Assembly: GCA_964016885.1 (NCBI GenBank)
Contig: OZ024740.1
Coordinates: forward strand, 348,874,001-348,938,000
Direction of reading: 5' to 3'
DNA length: 64,000 bases
Origin: Eledone cirrhosa
Taxonomy: Eukaryota
The notes under the pieces were generated by a model, which was not told the origin of the DNA, ran no database searches, and saw only the letters and a list, made by a program, of their open reading frames with translations. Shown one piece after another: positions 24,313 to 38,974 of this stretch (position 1 is its first letter; each line of letters opens with the position of its first letter). A program made the translations under genes and the position numbers.

Positions 24313-27306
24313 TGTGTGTGTGTGTGGGTGTGTGGGTGTGGGTGTGTGTGTATGTATGTATATCAGGTCACCAGTTGGTGCTACTGGTAACATGTATCCC
24401 AGTACAACCTGTCTTATGGTCGGGTCGTTGGCGACTAAACTGGCAACCCCACCAAGGTTTCTTGGTGAGGACTGTGACTTTTGGACATCCTGCAGGACTA
24501 AAAACAAAACCTGTCAAAGTGCAAAGATCTCTTAAGAGTCAATGGCCATCCAAAATCATCAGGAGAGATGATCCTTTAGCAGTCGTCAAGGCAGAATTCT
24601 AGGAGAAGGAAAACTCTGATATAACACCTCCAACCCTGATGGTATCCAATGATGTTGACTTGTTCTTCTTTTTGGTAAATATCATCTCAGTTAAGAGAGT
24701 GGGACTGGCTTTGTGCAGTGTCTTTGCTCACTATAAAAGCTTCACGGCACAGGCATTGCTTTATATCTGGAGATCTCTCTGCACTTGTCATCACATGGTA
24801 CCATGGGCCCAGCACTATGTGTCAATAATTGTCACAATTGTAGTGTTTGTTACCAGAATTTTCAGGTCGCTGGCTAGACTAAAAAGTTACACTCGTTCAG
24901 CGCATCGGTAGGGGTTCTCCTACATGGATATTAAGTAGTGGCCGTACTCGAAAACGAGTTGGCAGCCACCTTGTATGTAAATATATGTATATATATAATG
25001 TTTTAACAGTATGCAGCCTAGTAGTTTTGCAGCATTTCGATATGTGATTTCTTGTAAGCTTATTAATATTATCTTTGATGAAGACATTGTCTATTTCTAC
25101 ATCGTTCACTCCGTCATATTGGCTTCTGGTCTTTAAGTATGATTTTAGAAAATTACTTTTTGTGATGTTCTTCATAAGCTCATGTATTTTGGGAAAATTT
25201 AGGAAGCTTAATTTACTTTCTTGCCTATGTATACTCTCTTTGAAAATGATCTGATCCGGCAGAAGATGTTCTACTGTGTCTTATTTAAAGGCATTATTTC
25301 AACAAGCGGGCGGTGGATTGGCAGTATCGGTAGAGGGTCGGACGCCATGCTTTCCAGAATAGTTACGTCCCTTTACGATCTGAGTTAAAATACCGCCGAG
25401 GTTGTCTTTGCCTTTCATCCTTACGGGGTCGATAAAATAAAGTACCAGTAAGGAACTGGGTAATTGCTGGCCTTTTGCCTAAAAGTAGAAACAATTATTT
25501 CAACTGCGGTGGATTGGCAGTATCAGTAGAGGGTCGGACGCCATGCTTTGACGCATAGAGTTACGCCCCTTTCCATTCTGAGTTCAAATCCCGTCGAGGT
25601 GAACTTTGCCTTTCATCCTTACGGGGTCGATAAAATAAAGTACCAGTAATGCACTGGGTAATTGCTGACCTTGTGCCAAAAGTAGAAACAATTATTTCAA
25701 CTGCAAAGCACCAGTAATGCACTGGAATAATTGCTGGCCTTGTGCCAGGACAGGAAATAATTATTTCAACAGCTTTCATAATACGTTACCGATGTTTGTC
25801 CTTTCATTATACATTCTATCCACATATACTTACTATAGATGTAATTTCTCAATGCGGTGGGGAGATGGCTGGTCCTAACGTATGCCTATAATCTTCTACA
25901 TACACATCCTATCGAATCACGTTACAGCAAATACTTCCAAGAAAGCATATATCGCTAGCTTCTGTTCGTGATTATATACTTTCGGTCAACTTTCGTGATG
26001 TTTACTCTCATCTAAGGTAAAATTAGGCGCAATTGATGGAGCTCGACACACAAATTGAAGGATGTCGAATTACTATTATTTATCGGAAGATAAATACTAA
26101 GGCATTCTTATAAAGACTTAAAAGCAACAAGAAGCTTTCTATCGACCCGATACTATTGTAGGAACTTCAACAAGAGATACCGTGGAAGGCGATTTTATGC
26201 CTTTTTGAACAGAAGCAGAAAGCTTTTTGAAATATTCCCATGGATTCTCAAAGAGGTGCGACAGAGTAAATATTTGGTCGGATCTACTACGTCCGCAGCA
26301 GAAAGCACACTGTCCGTCAGCCAGCTTCGACACAACATGGCTACAACTCTTTTCTCGACACGTAACCTCTAACATGACCCAGAAGAAGAAGAAGAAGAAG
26401 AAGAAGAAGAAGAAGAAGAAGAAGAAGAAGAAGAAGAAGAAGAAGAAGAAGAAGAAGAAGAAGAAGAAGAAGAAGAAGAAGAAGAAGAAGAAGAAGAAGA
26501 AGAAGAAGAAGAAGAAGAAGAAGAAGAAGACGAAGAAGAAGAAGGAGGAGGAGGGGGGAAGAAGAAGAAGAAGAAGAAGAAGAAGAAGAAGAAGAAGAAG
26601 AAGAAGAAGAAGAAGAAGAAGAAGAAGAAGAAGAAGAAGAAAAAGAAGAAGAAGAAAAAGATACATTTTATATTATTTGTCAACAGTTATTCCGAAATGA
26701 AGATACTTTTTCTTTCAAGACGAAAACCTCTTCTAAAAAAACCCGTTTATTTTGCCAGGTCTTAGGTACGGTTGATTACAATGAAGCAACATTTTTTGTT
26801 ATATTTAAAAATAGAAAAAGTACATTTGACGAAAAATACTGTTAACGAAAATGTACTAATAATAGAATTATTGTTGAGAAATAAATATGTTTTAAGCTAC
26901 ATGTCTATAAATTAAATCTTTACCACTAAACACACCTTAAAAGAAATAGGATTGTGTGTCCTGGTAAAGTTAACTCCTCCCATACAGGAACTATTAGTAG
27001 CTATATAGGTCATATAATATTTGTATAATTCTTACAACTGATACGATAACACTAGATTCATTCCCACACCAGATGTGTATTAGTTCCGTCCGAATGTCAT
27101 CCATTCATAAATTCAAATGTGGAAGGTCATATTGAAATTACTTTTCCGGTTTCAAAAGTTATATATATGTGTAATCTTAAGATCAAACATATTAATAAAA
27201 GGGTACTTCAGCTGAGCATCGAAAACACCCAGGTTGTATTTGAAAATATAACTTTCGATATCCAAGTTCGAGTTATCTTTCGATATCCAAGTGGACAAGC
27301 AGTATA

Positions 27307-27318
27307 ATGAACATTAAA
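27307..27318 (+). CDS. IL17: IL-17-like copy 4, coding exon 1 (MNIK)
   Basis: ATGAACATTAAA|GTAAGT. The ORF track entry at 27307 begins MNIK. Confidence 0.75.
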
Positions 27319-27396
27319 GTAAGTAACTTTCGTTCAATAATAACATCATATATTTATGTAAGAATCTATGTTTGCATCCCTTTATATATATATATA

Positions 27397-27450
<54 letters not shown>

Positions 27451-27469
27451 CTGATTGGTCAAGATGAAG

Positions 27470-27554
<85 letters not shown>

Positions 27555-27853
27555 TGTATATATATAAATATATAAAAATATGTATATATATACGGCACTA
27601 GACAGAATTAGTCCCTTCCTCATTCACTCTCATCTGGGAACAGGTTTGTATGGCGCTAATTTGTGATTTGAACTCGGAAATGTTATATTCTCCGAGCGAG
27701 AACCTACTGACGAGAATCCCCTTCTCAGTGGTGGACCGCCTGGATTATCCATTTATTTCGGGATTTAAAACCGCGCGGTAAGGGTACATATAGTAAGTAC
27801 GGCGAACTTTTTAAAATTTATTTTAAAACTTTTTCTCTATTTGATAAACCTTG

Positions 27854-27895
<42 letters not shown>

Positions 27896-28874
27896 CAGAT
27901 GAAATCGAAAATGCAACTGGAGTCTTATTTAAAAAAATATATATATATTTATTTGGTTCCGTTACCGGTTTCGCATTTCTTCTGCTTTTCAAATGTACAG
28001 TTGAGATGTAGGGTGTGTCGTTTTTCTCCCTGATGTGAGAATAACCACAGGCCATCTATCTCAACTCTACTGAAAAGCAGAAGAACTGCGAAACCGGTAA
28101 CGGAACCAAATAAATATATATATATTTTTTTAAATAAGACTCCAGTTACATTTTCGATTTCATCTTTTTTTCTTTATACTTTCACTCGTGTAGGACACCT
28201 CGGTTATTTTTCATCTTGTAAAGTAAACCTCACTTTCTAATATAGTATATATATATATATATATTAGAAAATGAAAAATAACCGAGGTGTCCTACACAAG
28301 TGAAAGTATAAAGAAAAAAAGATGAAATCTAAAATGCAACTGGAGTCTTATTTTTAATGGGTAAATTTTATGTTGTCATTTTCAAACAATTATTCATAAG
28401 GATTTCTGTTGTCACTCAATTTTTATTTTTTATTCATAGTCTACGTTATTGAAGGAAAGAACAAATTGTATAATATATATTTATATTTCCTCTTATTTAC
28501 GATGTTCTCAACGTTTACAAAAGAACAGTACGATTATATCTTATTCACAACGTGAATCCAAACACAAAATTATATAGAATTAATGAATCTAGAAGAAATT
28601 ATTTGTTGCATAATTTAAAATAACTATGTCTCCGTTTGTATCTAGAATTGCTTATATAAAAAATACCACATATCTCCAGCACATCTCAATTTTCCATACT
28701 TTCTTATATTTATATTTGTTTTCTCAAACATCCTTCAAACATCCGCAGGAGGAAATATTGTAGCAGAAGCTATGTTTTCTCAATAACATGATTAACATAG
28801 TTCCTATCAAATTGATATTTATACCGACAGTAATCTAGTTTTCTTACATTGGATTAATATTTTCTTTCTTACAG

Positions 28875-29402
28875 AGTCTTATCCAGATTTTAATCCTGAT
28901 GTTCAACTACATCTTCATCACGTCTTCGGCACCAATCCAGGGGCAATGTGAAATACCCACTGATTTGAAAGTCCGTTACGAGAGTTTATCTAATGCAGCC
29001 ATTGGCAACAATTTTTTTCTACCGGCTGAAATGGCTCCAGCAGAAAGTAATCATCCTATACTCACAGACGGAGATAAAACTTGTCCAACATCTGCTCTTT
29101 CCTCTGATATCATCAGTGAACGTTCAACTTGCCCTTGGTACCTGAAGATTACCCATAATTCAACAGTCTTCCCTCAATCACGTACAGAGGTAGTATGTCG
29201 TTGTACAGACTGTGTAGGCTCTGACAACAATCACCAATGTGTGGCAGTGTATACTAAAATGACAGTCCTCAATCGTACAGATAAATGTGTTGATGGACTG
29301 TATGTGTATAGTCCAAGTGTAATAGATGTGGCAACAGCCTGTGTTTGTGCACGGAAAGTTGATGTGACAACTGAGGGAAATGGAAACGATTATGTGTCGT
29401 AA
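28875..29402 (+). CDS. IL17: Interleukin-17-like cytokine, copy 4, exon 2
   Basis: Same protein as copy 1 (ORF 28899..29402), same acceptor. Confidence 0.9.
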   Translation, partial: SLIQILILMFNYIFITSSAPIQGQCEIPTDLKVRYESLSNAAIGNNFFLPAEMAPAESNHPILTDGDKTCPTSALSSDIISERSTCPWYLKITHNSTVFPQSRTEVVCRCTDCVGSDNNHQCVAVYTKMTVLNRTDKCVDGLYVYSPSVIDVATACVCARKVDVTTEGNGNDYVS

Positions 29403-32400
29403 AGCAATCAACTAATAACTTTTAAACTGCGATGTAACGCGAAGGTTTCTCATAATATTATGAATATTTGTTGGCCACCATGTGGTTATTATAATATTTT
29501 TATATCTTTTTACTTCGTTTATCAATATATATCACAAATATTTGTATATTTAAGAAAATTAACATGTACTAGGAATACAGGAAGGTGTTTTTAATCAGTA
29601 ATGATATATCCTTTTTATAGATAGCAATTGTGCCTTTGTAAATCATAAATATATATGGTATTATATATATATATAATATTATTAAAGTTGAAATCATTTT
29701 ATTACAAAGTATTTAAATTCACAAGCCAGAATTATTTATATTGAAATATTATAAGCGTAAATAATGTTTTTTTTATTTACATATATATTTCCACATCAAA
29801 TCAAATCATATATGGCTGTATAGTTTTATAATTATATTTTTAATCACAAATAATCTGTAATAAATTTAAATTATTATTGTATATATGTCGTATAATGGAC
29901 ATGCTTATATTTTCTTTCGTTGTATGTATTTATATTTACATATCATTTATTACATTTAAATAAAAACATGAAAAACTTTGCAATTTGTAGTTTTGTGTTA
30001 AAAGTTTCCACTTTTATTTCATTGAATCTCATTTATATGACACTAATTTCTTCATGTTTGAATTGATTTGGAAGAATTTCATGTTGCAGTCAATTCAAGT
30101 TGAACGTGTATATTCTATGTTGTAATTTAGTCATTTTACCAGATACAAATTAATAAGTAACACGAGTAATTTATTTGTGTCATATACATATATAAACATA
30201 TTAGACTTGTATATGAAAGCATATATTATGATTAGAAAAAATAAATAAACGAGAGACTCGCTCTCAAATATAGAAATATTTTTTTCGTTTTTTTATATGA
30301 AGTTAATATGTCACAGATAACTCAGTAGATGTTGAGAATGCGAGACAGCTGTTTCAGGAGTCGTTAATCTCTCATCAATGACATCCATTGTACTGAGATG
30401 AAAATAGACGAGAGCCTTTATAGATTTTGCGTAGTGAGCATTTGGTGCAGTTGCACATTTACATATAGTAAATAGCACACATAGGCTGCAAATGCTTATT
30501 TGCATATCATTCTAAATAGGCTGGCAGTAATACTAACATAGCGTTAAGCATACTAGGGTTATGTATAAATGTATACATTATATATTTGTCTACAATAAAC
30601 ATACGCCAGTTCTGTAAATATGTAAATACTAACTATGATGAGGGCACTGGTTACATCAACGAATATGTTTGACCTGTGTTATTCTCCGAGTAAGTACCAT
30701 GAGAATTATCCAACAATATACTTCAAGCGTGTGACGATAGTTATCGTTATATGGATATGATATATTTAAAATGGATTTTCCATATATAAATATCGTTTGT
30801 GCCTTTCCTTCTTTGAAAACTGGCACCAGGTGCATTACTGATATGTTAACCCTTTTGCATTTAAAACAGCCAAAATTCACTCACCTTTATCTTTTCAAAC
30901 CAGATGTAACTGGTCACTCATACTATTGTTGGTAACTAAAGCCGTTACCATGAAAATATAATAATATATAGAGAGTCATGTAAATGCAGAGTAAAAATAG
31001 ATTTTCGTTTCATTCTTCATAAAACGATCATTGAAATCCATCCATCTATTTGCTATTAATTCTGGATAGGCATGTTAGAAATGATCTTGAAAACAGAACT
31101 TTCACACGTGTTCTTCATATGTGTACAGGGCTATTATCCACCCTTATAATTATGATTTTGCTATCTCATTAGAAAATGCATGCTGATGTACTCGTTGAAA
31201 CATTCTCCTTGGTACTCTCTTTCGAATAGATCGTCTGGCTTAATAGATATCTATGTACTTTTTAGCGTATAGATCTTTTAGGCATAATGTGATATAGATT
31301 ACAGAGCGTTCTTACTTTCCATTTTTATTCAATATATTTTGGTTTTGTCTGTCTGTAATTCATGGTTTTCAAAAGCCATTGGAAATGCCTGCTGAAGGAC
31401 ATACCTTTATAAATCGTCCAGTCATTACTTTCGAGTAACCTGTCAACAAAGGCCATTTATCGTGGAATGGATGAAGGTCTCAGAGAGAAAGTGGGCTTCA
31501 GTTGAGGGTGATCTTAACTGTCCATATCTAAGGGTGATGCTGTCGGACATTAAAGTGTTCCTTTTACCCAAACAATCCAGTGCAAAATCATTGACGCCGG
31601 GATGAAATTTGGCGACAGGAAGGCTACCTATAAAACCCAATAATAGTAACGGAAACTAAACAATTCGATACCAGTCCTCTAGCCCGAAGAAGGTTTGCTG
31701 CTCTTTCACGAGATTGATGTAATCAAAATATTGTCTTAATATTGCTTAGACACTTATAACCACACAGTCGGACGTGATAGCAACGTCTTCGGCATTTCTA
31801 GCAATACGAATAGAGAAGTGTTTCAGACCTAAGTGTTTCAGATAGCTTCTGCACATCATTTACACTGAGAAGACAGAAATCACTCCATGCTACTGTGTAA
31901 AATCAGGAATTCACCAAGTATCTTACCACGAAAACCAGCATTAAACCATCATTCAGAACACGGTTATTAGAAAGCAAAGATAATACTAACTAAATTCTGG
32001 TTCAATAGCACAAAAAACTGCACATGTCACAACACCGAAACCAATCTATGCATGTCGGCAAATAGAAATCAGTAGTGACGGTCGCTCTAAACATATTTTG
32101 AATTGTACCTTTACGACTGGCTGTAATAGTTGCTATAACTAGAGAATAATGATAAAGATGTTTAGTTATTATATATTATATTTTGACTTCAGGTTTTACA
32201 CTTTTGATTTATTTCCTTCTTATCTAAATGTTTGTCATCATTTTAAGTTGTGCTTTACATATACATTTAAGTTTCCTTATTAAACAAACAGTTACCGTTT
32301 GTCTTCTAAAACTATTGAACGTGCCTCTGCTGCTATATTCTGTAATTATATGTTAAGGATTCAGATCCCTTTTCAAAGATTTTTGATGTTCCGTCTAAAC

Positions 32401-33813
32401 ACTAGGACATCAATGTAATAAACTGCTCATCCATTTGATTACAGTGAAGCTGTACATTATTACATATGTGGCCAGTGCATTGATACCTACTGTGTTATAT
32501 CAAGCACGTGTTTATTTTCTATCGTTGTCTGACTATGGTTTAAACAATAATCTGAACACGTTATTTGTCAACTACTATTCCGAGATGAAGTTATTTAAGT
32601 TATTTGTATCTTCTAGAATAAACACTATTCTAATTTACTAAAAATAGAAATACTGCGGAATCAATGGAAACTAACAACCACAATCTGGTATGTATATATA
32701 TATGTGTTTGTGTGTATGCGTGTATGTGGGGGGGTGCGTCTATGTGTGCGAGTGTGTGTGTATCCGGGTTTAATCGGGAGTTACCACTGTAAGTACGATA
32801 CTCAACACAATAGAGTATATACTATATTTAATATAGAAATGGCTTCTACAGTACTAGAACAGTTTCATTCTTATGAAGTCATCAGAAAAGCCCCGTTGAT
32901 TTATACATATATATAGATATACATATACACATATATATATATATATATATAGATAGATAGATAGATATGTGGGGGGTACAGGGGGGTGCGTGTGTGTACG
33001 TGTGTGTGCGTGCTATTTGTCCTTAAATGTACCATGAAAAATAATTATTTCCAACTCCTTGTTCCATCTCTATTATACAGTAATCAAGAAACAAACTAGA
33101 AATAATGAACCCCAGCATATTTATTCGTATGTCTCCAATTTATCATCCATTCTATGTTGCCGTAAGAATGGAATATTCACCTAATGGTATCATCATATTA
33201 ACAAAGAAGAGTCGAATTAAAATATTTGATATAATTGAACGTTGTCAATTCATTTCCAGACTAAAAATATATATTTTCAGTTTACACCAATATGATAAAG
33301 ACATGTGTTCTAGTGTTATTAGGAGGGATATTTAATCAATGCTTACACTGGGCACGAAATAAAATTCAAATTATATTTTTAATTTTTTGCAAGGCCAGCT
33401 CTAACTCGCTCGGTAGGCAAATGAGGCTATAATAATTTAAATTTATTACATATGATTTGTAATATATATATATATATATATATATTAATAAAAGGAATTC
33501 CAACTTTGTCTGATTTACTCGTTTTATTTACAATCCTTTAAAATTTATATTGGTATTAGAATGATGACAGTCAAGTTGGCAATTTTCAACGTTGAAAATT
33601 GGAAACTTGACTGTCACCGCAGAATATGAACCTGAAGATTGCGAAAGCATGAAATTACTTGTTCAATTAACACTTAACATTTAATATTCTACCATATTAT
33701 TTCATTCTAATACCATTATAAATGTTAAAGGGTTGTAAATAAAACGAGTAAATGAGACAAAGTTGGAATTCCTTTTATTAATATAATCTTCTATACACAA
33801 TAATACACACGTG

Positions 33814-33979
<166 letters not shown>

Positions 33980-36907
33980 TGTGTGTGTGGGTGTGTGGGT
34001 GTGGATGTGTGTGTATGTATGTATATCAGGTCACCAGTTGGTGCTACTGGTAACATGTATCCCAGTACAACCTGTCTTATGGTCGGGTCGTTGGCGACTA
34101 AACTGGCAACCCCACCAAGGTTTCTTGGTGAGGACTGTGACTTTTGGACATCCTGCAGGACTAAAAACAAAACCTGTCAAAGTGCAAAGATCTCTTAAGA
34201 GTCAATGGCCATCCAAAATCATCAGGAGAGATGATCCTTTAGCAGTCGTCAAGGCAGAATTCTAGGAGAAGGAAAACTCTGATATAACACCTCCAACCCT
34301 GATGGTATCCAATGATGTTGACTTGTTCTTCTTTTTGGTAAATATCATCTCAGTTAAGAGAGTGGGACTGGCTTTGTGCAGTGTCTTTGCTCACTATAAA
34401 AGCTTCACGGCACAGGCATTGCTTTATATCTGGAGATCTCTCTGCACTTGTCATCACATGGTACCATGGGCCCAGCACTATGTGTCAATAATTGTCACAA
34501 TTGTAGTGTTTGTTACCAGAATTTTCAGGTCGCTGGCTAGACTAAAAAGTTACACTCGTTCAGCGCATCGGTAGGGGTTCTCCTACATGGATATTAAGTA
34601 GTGGCCGTACTCGAAAACGAGTTGGCAGCCACCTTGTATGTAAATATATGTATATATATAATGTTTTAACAGTATGCAGCCTAGTAGTTTTGCAGCATTT
34701 CGATATGTGATTTCTTGTAAGCTTATTAATATTATCTTTGATGAAGACATTGTCTATTTCTACATCGTTCACTCCGTCATATTGGCTTCTGGTCTTTAAG
34801 TATGATTTTAGAAAATTACTTTTTGTGATGTTCTTCATAAGCTCATGTATTTTGGGAAAATTTAGGAAGCTTAATTTACTTTCTTGCCTATGTATACTCT
34901 CTTTGAAAATGATCTGATCCGGCAGAAGATGTTCTACTGTGTCTTATTTAAAGGCATTATTTCAACAAGCGGGCGGTGGATTGGCAGTATCGGTAGAGGG
35001 TCGGACGCCATGCTTTCCAGAATAGTTACGTCCCTTTACGATCTGAGTTAAAATACCGCCGAGGTTGTCTTTGCCTTTCATCCTTACGGGGTCGATAAAA
35101 TAAAGTACCAGTAAGGAACTGGGTAATTGCTGGCCTTTTGCCTAAAAGTAGAAACAATTATTTCAACTGCGGTGGATTGGCAGTATCAGTAGAGGGTCGG
35201 ACGCCATGCTTTGACGCATAGAGTTACGCCCCTTTCCATTCTGAGTTCAAATCCCGTCGAGGTGAACTTTGCCTTTCATCCTTACGGGGTCGATAAAATA
35301 AAGTACCAGTAATGCACTGGGTAATTGCTGACCTTGTGCCAAAAGTAGAAACAATTATTTCAACTGCAAAGCACCAGTAATGCACTGGAATAATTGCTGG
35401 CCTTGTGCCAGGACAGGAAATAATTATTTCAACAGCTTTCATAATACGTTACCGATGTTTGTCCTTTCATTATACATTCTATCCACATATACTTACTATA
35501 GATGTAATTTCTCAATGCGGTGGGGGAGATGGCTGGTCCTAACGTATGTCTATAATCTTCTACATACACATCCTATCGAATCACGTTACAGCAAATACTT
35601 CCAAGAAAGCATATATCGCTAGCTTCTGTTCGTGATTATATACTTTCGGTCAACTTTCGTGATGTTTACTCTCATCTAAGGTAAAATTAGGCGCAATTGA
35701 TGGAGCTCGACACACAAATTGAAGGATGTCGAATTACTATTATTTATCGGAAGATAAATACTAAGGCATTCTTATAAAGACTTAAAAGCAACAAGAAGCT
35801 TTCTATCGACCCGATACTATTGTAGGAACTTCAACAAGAGATACCGTGGAAGGCGATTTTATGCCTTTTTGAACAGAAGCAGAAAGCTTTTTGAAATATT
35901 CCCATGGATTCTCAAAGAGGTGCGACAGAGTAAATATTTGGTCGGATCTACTACGTCCGCAGCAGAAAGCACACTGTCCGTCAGCCAGCTTCGACACAAC
36001 ATGGCTACAACTCTTTTCTCGACACGTAACCTCTAACATGACCCAGAAGAAGAAGAAGAAGAAGAAGAAGAAGAAGAAGAAGAAGAAGAAGAAGAAGAAG
36101 AAGAAGAAGAAGAAGAAGAAGAAGAAGAAGAAGAAGAAGAAGACGAAGAAGAAGAAGGAGGAGGAGGGGGGAAGAAGAAGAAGAAGAAGAAGAAGAAGAA
36201 GAAGAAGAAGAAGAAGAAGAAGAAGAAGAAGAAGAAGAAGAAAAAGAAGAAGAAGAAAAAGATACATTTTATATTATTTGTCAACAGTTATTCCGAAATG
36301 AAGATACTTTTTCTTTCAAGACGAAAACCTCTTCTAAAAAAACCCGTTTATTTTGCCAGGTCTTAGGTACGGTTGATTACAATGAAGCAACATTTTTTGT
36401 TATATTTAAAAATAGAAAAAGTACATTTGACGAAAAATACTGTTAACGAAAATGTACTAATAATAGAATTATTGTTGAGAAATAAATATGTTTTAAGCTA
36501 CATGTCTATAAATTAAATCTTTACCACTAAACACACCTTAAAAGAAATAGGATTGTGTGTCCTGGTAAAGTTAACTCCTCCCATACAGGAACTATTAGTA
36601 GCTATATAGGTCATATAATATTTGTATAATTCTTACAACTGATACGATAACACTAGATTCATTCCCACACCAGATGTGTATTAGTTCCGTCCGAATGTCA
36701 TCCATTCATAAATTCAAATGTGGAAGGTCATATTGAAATTACTTTTCCGGTTTCAAAAGTTATATATATGTGTAATCTTAAGATCAAACATATTAATAAA
36801 AGGGTACTTCAGCTGAGCATCGAAAACACCCAGGTTGTATTTGAAAATATAACTTTCGATATCCAAGTTCGAGTTATCTTTCGATATCCAAGTGGACAAG
36901 CAGTATA

Positions 36908-36919
36908 ATGAACATTAAA
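36908..36919 (+). CDS. IL17: IL-17-like copy 5, coding exon 1 (MNIK)
   Basis: ATGAACATTAAA|GTAAGT. Confidence 0.75.
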
Positions 36920-36995
36920 GTAAGTAACTTTCGTTCAATAATAACATCATATATTTATGTAAGAATCTATGTTTGCAACCCTTTATATATATATA

Positions 36996-37031
<36 letters not shown>

Positions 37032-37052
37032 CTGATTGGTCAAGATGAAGGT

Positions 37053-37121
<69 letters not shown>

Positions 37122-37423
37122 TGTATATATATAAATATATAAAAATATGTATATATATACGGCACTAGACAGAATTAGTCCCTTCCTCATTCACTCTCAT
37201 CTGGGAACAGGTTTGTATGGCACCAGTTTGTGATTTGAACTCGGAAATGTTATATTCTCCGAGCGAGGAGAACCTACTGACGAGAATCCCCTTCTCAGTG
37301 GTGGTCCGCCTGGATTATCCATTTATTTCAGGATTTAAAACCGCGCGGTAAGGGTACATATAGTAAGTACGGCGAACTTTTTAAAATTTATTTTAAAACT
37401 TTTTCTCTATTTGATAAACCTTG

Positions 37424-37471
<48 letters not shown>

Positions 37472-38446
37472 CAGATGAAATCGAAAATGCAACTGGTGTC
37501 TTATTTTAAAAAAGATATATATATTTATTTGGTTCCGTTACCGGTTTCGCAGTTCTTCTGCTTTTCAAAAGTACAGTTGAGATGTAGGGTGTGTCGTTTT
37601 TCTCCCTGATGTGAGAATAACCACAGGCCATCTATCTCAACTCTACTGAAAAGCAGAAGAACTGCGAAACCGGTAACGGAACCAAATAAATATATATATA
37701 TTTTTTTAAATAAGACTCCAGTTGCATTTTCGATTTCATCGTTTTTTCTTTATACTTTCACTCGTGTAGGACACATCGGTTATTTTTCATCTTGTAAGGA
37801 AAACCTCACTTTCTAATATAGTATATATATATGTATTAGAAAATGAAAAATAACCGAGGTGTCCTACACGAGTGAAAGTATAAAGAAAAAAAGATGAAAT
37901 CTAAAATGCAACTGGAGTCTTATTTTTAATGGGTAAATTTTATGTTGTCATTTTCAAACAATTATTCATAAGGATTTCTGTTGTCACTCAATTTTTATTT
38001 TTTATTCATAGTCTACGTTATTGAAGGAAAGAACAAATTGTATAATATATATTTATATTTCCTCTTATTTACGATGTTCTCAACGTTTACAAACGAACAG
38101 TACGATTATATCTTATTCACAACGTGAATCCAAACACAAAATTATATAGAATTAATGAATCTAGAAGAAATTATTTGTTGCATAATTTAAAATAACTATG
38201 TCTCCGTTTGTATCTAGAATTGCTTATATAAAAAATACCACATATCTCCAGCACATCTCAATTTTCCATACTTTCTTATATTTATATTTGTTTTCTCAAA
38301 CAACCTTCGAACATCCGCAGGAGGAAATATTGTAGCAGAAGCTATGTTTTCTCAATAACATGATTAACATAGTTCCTATCAAATTGATATTTATATCGAC
38401 AGTAATCTAGTTTTCTTACATTGGATTAATATTTTCTTTCTTACAG

Positions 38447-38974
38447 GGCCTTATCCAGATTTTAATCCTGATGTTCAACTACATCTTCATCACGTCTTCG
38501 GCACCAATCCAGGGGCAATGTGAAATACCCACTGATTTGAAAGTCCGCTACGAGAGTTTATCTAATGCAGCCATTGGCAACAATTTTTTTCTACCCGCTG
38601 AAATGGCTCCAGCAGAAAGTAATCATCCTATACTCACAGACGGAGATAAAACTTGTCCAACATCTGCTCTTTCCTCTGATATCATCAGTGAACGTTCAAC
38701 TTGCCCTTGGTACCTGAAGATTACCCATAATTCAACAGTCTTCCCTCAATCACGTACAGAGGTAGTATGTCGTTGTACAGACTGTCTAGGCTCTGACAAC
38801 AATCACCAATGTGTGGCAGTGTATACTAAAATGACAGTCCTCAATCGTACAGATAAATGTGTTGATGGACTGTATGTGTATAGTCCAAGTGTAATAGATG
38901 TGGCAACAGCCTGTGTTTGTGCACGGAAAGTTGATGTGACAACTGAGGGAAATGGAAACGATTATTTGTCGTAA
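38447..38974 (+). CDS. IL17: Interleukin-17-like cytokine, copy 5, exon 2 (slightly diverged)
   Basis: ORF 38471..38974. Differs by S>G at the exon start (AGT>GGC), DCV>DCL and DYV>DYL. All cysteines are retained. Confidence 0.9.
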   Translation, partial: GLIQILILMFNYIFITSSAPIQGQCEIPTDLKVRYESLSNAAIGNNFFLPAEMAPAESNHPILTDGDKTCPTSALSSDIISERSTCPWYLKITHNSTVFPQSRTEVVCRCTDCLGSDNNHQCVAVYTKMTVLNRTDKCVDGLYVYSPSVIDVATACVCARKVDVTTEGNGNDYLS